From NCBI RefSeq assembly GCF_009914755.1, contig NC_060925.1: a DNA stretch of 64,000 bases; one strand, 5' to 3'. The notes below the pieces were generated by a model, which was not told where the DNA came from, ran no database searches, and saw only the letters and a list, made by a program, of their open reading frames with translations. Positions 58,621-64,000 of this stretch are shown here, piece by piece. Numbering within the stretch: the first letter of the stretch is position 1; the number at the start of each line of letters is the position of its first letter. Origin of the DNA: the human T2T-CHM13v2.0 reference genome, Homo sapiens. The position numbers and the translations under genes are program-made.

Positions 58621-60701
58621 ATGAACTGGTGTGGGCGTAGAGTTTTACAGTAGAAATAATATGTCAAAGAGGTTAAGTTTGGTCTTGGGAGTAAACTGGT
58701 TCAAATTCCAGTTCCACCACTATTTTAATGAGGATTAGGTTTGGCTGTAAATGACAAACCCCAAAACAATAGCAGCTTAAGCAAGTTAGATGTTTACTTT
58801 TCTCTTTCATGTAACATTTTGGAGGTGGCCACCTCAGGATTCCCAAGTTAGCTCCAGCATGTCCTCAGGGACCAAGGCTCCTGCTCCCTTGCGGCTCTGC
58901 TGTTGATGGCCTTGGTCACATCATGGCACTGGCTGGCACCCTCTGGCTCAAGCTGTCACGACTGCATTTCAGCAGCGGAGAGAAGGCTGAGAGTTCCAGG
59001 AAGTTGCACATACCGCTTTTGCTTATATCCTATTGCCCACAATTTAGTCACATGGACACCTAGCTTCAACAGAGTCTGGAGAATGTAGTCATAACTCTAG
59101 AAGGCCACATGCTCAGCTAAAAATGAGGGTCTACTACTGTACAATAAGGAGAAATTAGATTTTAGAGGAAAATAGTTTCTGTCATACTAGCTGTGTGACT
59201 TTGGGGAAAGGAATTAATCTCTCTGATTCTCAGTTTCCTCATTCAAGAGTTAGAAGAACGCAAGCAAACACCTTAGCAAAGTGCCTGGCACTGATGAAGG
59301 GTTGAGCTATTATTACTTTCCTTTGGTTGTGGCTAGGCTAGCAGGAGGCAGTATCCCTCACAGGGAGAGTGTACATGCAAGCCTGCCCGAATCTGAGTTT
59401 TTTTTCGTGCCACTTACCAGCTCTGTGACTTGGGGTTTGTTACTTGACCTTTCTGAATCTTAGTTTTTTCATTTATAGAATGGAGGCAGCAATAATCCTT
59501 TCTTTATAGGGTTCTTGTGAGGATTGAGATATTGTATGTAAAGCATTTCATAGGGTACTAAGCAAGAGAGACTCTAAAAGTGCTGGCTTCTTCTATTATT
59601 ACTAGTCAAGACAAGCCCTGAGTGACCTTGAGATCGACCATGAAGAAGATGCTGGAGAAGGTTCCATAGGATTCTGCCTGGCCACCAGACTCCAAAATTC
59701 AGCTCGTTCTAAGGGGCGGGACTGATGCTGTAACCAGGAGGCAATAAATTAACTTGACCTCCAATGACTGTATAAGTACGCTTGCATTTTGAATTCTCTC
59801 CAAATACAGCTGATCTTAAACGCAACGGGAACATCCTCTGCCTTCCTGCACGTTTTCACTCCCCCAAACTGTCAGCAATTCTCATCTACAGGGTGCCTTT
59901 CCCAAAGGGCTCAGGCAATAAGCACCAGGATGAGAAGTGGTAAAGCCAGAAGGAATTTCTGGCCCCAGCAGGACCTGGAGGGCTGTGCCCAGGCTGTGTA
60001 TACGCTGGGACTGCCTGTCCCCTCAGGCAGAAGTTGCAGAGAAGCAAAAAATAAGCCAGGATCAGGTGAGCCAGACTTCAGCTTGATGAAACAAGCAAAA
60101 CACACTATTTCTCTTTAGCTCGGGCTCCTGGGATTAGCGGTTAGGTCCCTAGAGTATACTGGGTGTTTATTCTCGGAGACCCGAGGCTCCAAGGAGTAGC
60201 AAGAGTCGGAGGCACAGGGCCTCCCCAGGTAGCTCATTGTTGGTTCTACTTCTTGCAGAAGCCAAATTGGGATCCTCTGCCATATACCCTTCATGTTCAC
60301 AGGCTGCTTCTCAATTCAGCATCAGCTGAGCAACTGCCAGGGATCCCCGAGAGACAGGAAAGACTGGGTGGGAAATGGACGACTGCGGCCCTGCTGGTTC
60401 CCACGCTTCCAGGCTCCCAGGGCACCCTTCCCACTCAGCCCTACTGACTGCCATAGTGACTGCTCCATCAGTTACCATGGCCGCTCGGCAACCCACCTGT
60501 AAACGAAGCCACTGTTCGATCCCAGAAAACTCCCAATTAAATCACAAATCTGATGTTTTTCTGCTGTCTGCGAAGAGGATGTATCACCTGAAGCGAAAAA
60601 TTGGAAACAACCTAAATGACTAAGGAAAAGGGATTGGTTGCACAAACGATGGTTGCATCATTTCAAGTAATATTATGTGGCCATTAAAAAATATAAATCA
60701 T

Positions 60702-61200
60702 TTTTCTGAGGATCCAGCAAGATGGCAGAGGTAGAGCAGAAGAAGAAGCGGACCTTCCGCAAGTTCACCTGCTGCGGCGTGGACCTCGAGCAGCTAGCTG
60801 CTGGACATGTCCTACGAGCAGCTGATACAGCTGTACAGTGCGCACCAGTGGTGCCGGCTGAACTGGGGCCTGCGGCGGAAGCAGCACTCTCTGCTGAAGC
60901 GCCTGCGCAAGGCCAAGACGGCGGTGCCGCCCATGGAGAAGCCGGAAGTGGTGAAGACTCACCTGCGGGACATGATCATCGTGCCCGAGATGGTGGGCAG
61001 CATGGTGGGCGTCTACAACGGCAAGACCTTCAACCAGGTGGAGGTCAAGCCGGAGATGATCAGCCACTACCTGGGCGAGTTCTCCATCACCTACAAGCCC
61101 GTGAAGCACAGCCGGCTTCAGGGCCACCCACTCCTCCTGCTTCATCCCCCTCAAGCAGTGGCTCAGCTAATAAAGGCACACATGTCTCAAAAAAAAAAAA
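60702..61200 (+). pseudogene. Processed pseudogene of ribosomal protein S15 (uS19), full length
   Basis: ATG 60722 MAEVEQKKKRTFRKFT..., continuing MSYEQL...[40 protein letters not shown]. Has a 4-nt insertion at ~60795 and a small 3' deletion. Intronless; aataaa ~61169; A tail; TSD aaatataaatcat (60689-60701, 61287-61299). Confidence 0.97.
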
Positions 61201-61201
61201 T

Positions 61202-61249
61202 TATATATATATATATATATAAAATCATGAGGATATATATAATCATGAG

Positions 61250-61291
<42 letters not shown>

Positions 61292-61300
61292 TAAATCATG
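61202..61300. repeat. Compound (TA)n microsatellite with three aatcatga spacers
   Basis: Three TA runs, each followed by aatcatga. Confidence 0.92.
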
Positions 61301-61746
61301 AAGATTATGTGGTGACTTGGAAATATGGTTATATTATGATGTTCAGTGAAAATATAAAATCTCATCTCTGCCATGAGTGCAGTGGTAAAAACTATATGTA
61401 CATCTGGATAAAGAAAAACACACCAAAAAAGAGAAAAAATGGGGTGGGAGGATGGTGGGTACAATTTCCCCTTTCATGTATTCTGGTATCTTTTCCTGCT
61501 GTTTGTGCACTAAATAAGAAAATCATTTTAAAATCTTGCTCACTAACCTATCATGCACTTTCACCTTCCCCCAAAGAGGAAAAAGCCTCATTCACTGAAA
61601 TTTGCTAGTGTAGCTCCTTTGCTTATTTTGATATCAACTTTTCAATCAATATTCTCAGGAAAAGATATGACTATTTTAAGTTGAAAGCAAACCACAGACG
61701 AACTCAGTTCCCTGGTCAATTATCCTCCCAGTAGGTGGTGACAGTT

Positions 61747-61812
61747 AAAAGCAGCTCCTTAAGGGCCAAAAGCAGCTCCTTAAGGGCCCAAAACAGCTCC
61801 TTAAGGGCCAAA
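61747..61812. repeat. Minisatellite, three copies of a ~21-bp unit
   Basis: aaaagcagctccttaagggcc x3 with single-base indels. Confidence 0.93.
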
Positions 61813-62392
61813 CCCTGCAGTGAGGCCTGTAAATAACTTAGATTCTTCAGGTGCTCAGCGTTTGAATTCCTGGATCACCTGCGGCAGGCTCACCTGAAGT
61901 AGACATTAGAGGTGGGGCTGTTCTGCACCAGGAACAAAGCTACTCAAAAATCCTTGACTCTTTGAATTTGGCTGAGTGAACAGGAAAATTAAGAAATCAT
62001 CACTTTAAAATGACCCAGAATTTCAGGAGCCACTTTAATACCATTCCTGCCACCAACTCATTGTGTAAGCCTAAGCACATCACTTAGCCACTCTCCAGAC
62101 TAAGGGAACAGATTGTAGCCTGCCTGTAAATGGCTGATGGACAGAAAAACATGAAAACGATGGTGCTGAGCACTTTGCAAAAAGGAAACAGAGTTCATTT
62201 GAAAGAACCTGGGATCTGGAGTCAGAAAGTCTGGATCCAAGCCAAAATCTGCCACGCATGAACACTGGGACGTTAGGCTATTAGTTTCTGAGTCTGTTTC
62301 CTCAGTAAAATGGGGATAATACTCTGCGCAACTGGATTGTTTTGACATTTAAACGAGTTTATGAGAAAAAGCTTTGTAAATTGTAAAGCACA

Positions 62393-62710
62393 TGTATTAG
62401 TTTTTAGGGTTGCCATAATAAAATTCCACAGACTGTGTGGTTTAAACAACAGAAATTAATTTTTTTTTTTCACAATTCGTGAGTCCAGAAGCCTGAGATT
62501 AAGGTGTCAGCAGGGTTGGTTTCTTGTGAGGCCTCTCTCCTTGGCTTACAGACGGCTGCCTTCTCTCTGTGTCTTCCCATGATCTTTCTCGATGTGTGTC
62601 CGTGTCCTAGTCTCCTCTTCCTATAAGGACACCAGTCATATGGAATTAGGGCCCACCCAAATGACCTCATTTTAACTTCATTACCTCTTAGAAGACCCTA
62701 TCTCCAAATA
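62393..62710 (-). mobile_element. MLT1A-type MaLR LTR (cut by a Tigger1 insertion)
   Basis: tgtattagtttttagggttgccataataaaattccacagact...gaccctatctccaaata. Confidence 0.85.
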
Positions 62711-64000
62711 CAGACATATTTTATCTGTTTTATTGTACTTGGCTTTATTATGCTTCACAGAAACTGCTTTTTTCACAAATTGAGGGTTTGTGGCAACCCA
62801 GCATTGAGCAAGTCTATTGGCATCATTTTTCCAAATACATGTGCTCACTTCATGGCTTTGTGTCACATTTTGGTAATTCTCATAATATTTCAGACTTGTT
62901 CATTATTTTTTCTGTTATGATAATCTGTGATAAGTGATACTCGATGTTACTATTATGATTGTTTTGGGGTGCCATGGACTGTACCTATATAAAACAGCAA
63001 ACTTAGTTGATGAATTTGTGTGTTCTGATTGCTCCACTGATTGGCGGTTCCCCAATCTCTCCCTCTCCTTGAGCAGAAATCCATGGATAAGTGGACCTGC
63101 ATAGTTCAAACCTGTGTTGTTCAAGGGTCAATTGTATTTTAAGCCCACTGTTGCGACCTACTGCTCAGAAAAAAAGATTTCTTTCCAAATATTACTGTTC
63201 ATTGACAATGTATTTTGTCACCCAAGATCTCTGATAGAGATGTACAAGGAGATTAATGTGTTTATGTCTGCTAACACAACATCCATTCTGTAGCCCATTG
63301 ATCAAGGAGTAATTTTGACTTTCAAGTCTGGTAATTTAAGAAATACATTTTGTAAGGCTATAGCTGCCACAGAGAGTGATTCCTCTGATGGACCTGGGCA
63401 AAGTAAAATTGAAAATCTTCTGAAAAGGATTCACCATTCTAGATGTTACTAAGAACATCTGTGATTCATGGGAGGAGGTCAAAATATCAACATTAGCAGG
63501 AGTTTGGAAGAAGTTGATTCCAACCCTCATGGTTGACAAGGAGCTTAAGACTTCAGTGGAGGAAGTAATTGCAGATATGGTAGAAATAGCAAGAAAACTA
63601 GAATTAGAAGTGGAACCTGAAGATGTAACTTGAGAAAAGAAAAACAGCTCAGACCAGAAAGACTTATACCTACCCATGCCTGGGGGTAATTGTTGAAAGA
63701 CATTTGTTTCTGAGCAGCTGCCTCACCCATGATCTTCTTGTTCCTGGAATTTGTGATACAAAGGACAATGTATAGCCAATGAATAGCTTATGTTATTTTA
63801 ATATAAATTCTTGGTAAACACCTTCAGAACTTGCTCTTCTTTTTTCTTTTAAAAACCCACTTATACCTGCTGCTAATTAGAGCATATGTTCAGGGCAATT
63901 TGATTCTATGCTCCTATGTTGCAATCCTCAAACTTGACCCAAATAAACTCTCTACTTACACTAATTTTGCCTCAGTTTGACATTTTGAATTGCTGCAATT
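62711..64000 (+). mobile_element. Tigger1 (internally deleted) with a nested Tigger2/MER8 end and an LTR
   Basis: After TA: cagacata...acaaattgagggtttgtggcaaccc. Transposase remnant tattttaagcccactgtt...ttcattgacaatg at 63136-63629. Resumes tgaattgctgcaat at ~63986. Confidence 0.85.
63630..63982 (+). mobile_element. ERV1 (MER4-group) solo LTR inside Tigger1
   Basis: tgagaaaagaaaaacagctcaga...cccaaataaactctctactt...ttgaca; TG...CA termini. Confidence 0.7.

Noticed and set aside
61747-61812. CRISPR-like array of palindromic repeats
   Set aside because: Units are directly adjacent with no spacers and the DNA is primate; it is an ordinary minisatellite.

Overview
Primate, almost certainly human, intergenic DNA (an AluYa5 is present). 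No intact protein-coding gene is supported. The window is dominated by transposable elements: about 30 Alus, a near full-length old L1M on the - strand (~16.6-26.0 kb), a 16.7-kb nested L1 complex on the + strand (32.4-49.1 kb), solo LTRs (MER11, MER9, MER57, MSTA, MLT1 and others) and DNA transposons (MER20, MADE1, hAT, Tigger). It also holds two full-length processed ribosomal-protein pseudogenes, RPS19-like (~30.9-31.4 kb) and RPS15-like (~60.7-61.2 kb), both with poly(A) tails and target-site duplications (TSDs). From memory only, this pairing may correspond to human 1p13.2 distal to LRIG2 (RPS19P2); BLAT is needed to confirm. I did not find a convincing new biological system. The most interesting signals are mechanistic fossils of retrotransposition: a ~35-nt L1 3' transduction with its own ATTAAA, a twin-primed L1 whose target site was reused by an Alu, an L1-in-L1-in-L1 nest, a tail-less Alu fused to a deletion, an internally duplicated MADE1 (miR-548-type) hairpin, and a microsatellite built from a pseudogene TSD. 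A few motif clusters in unique DNA are candidate regulatory elements. Repeat subfamily names come from visual recognition of consensus sequences and should be confirmed with RepeatMasker/Dfam.
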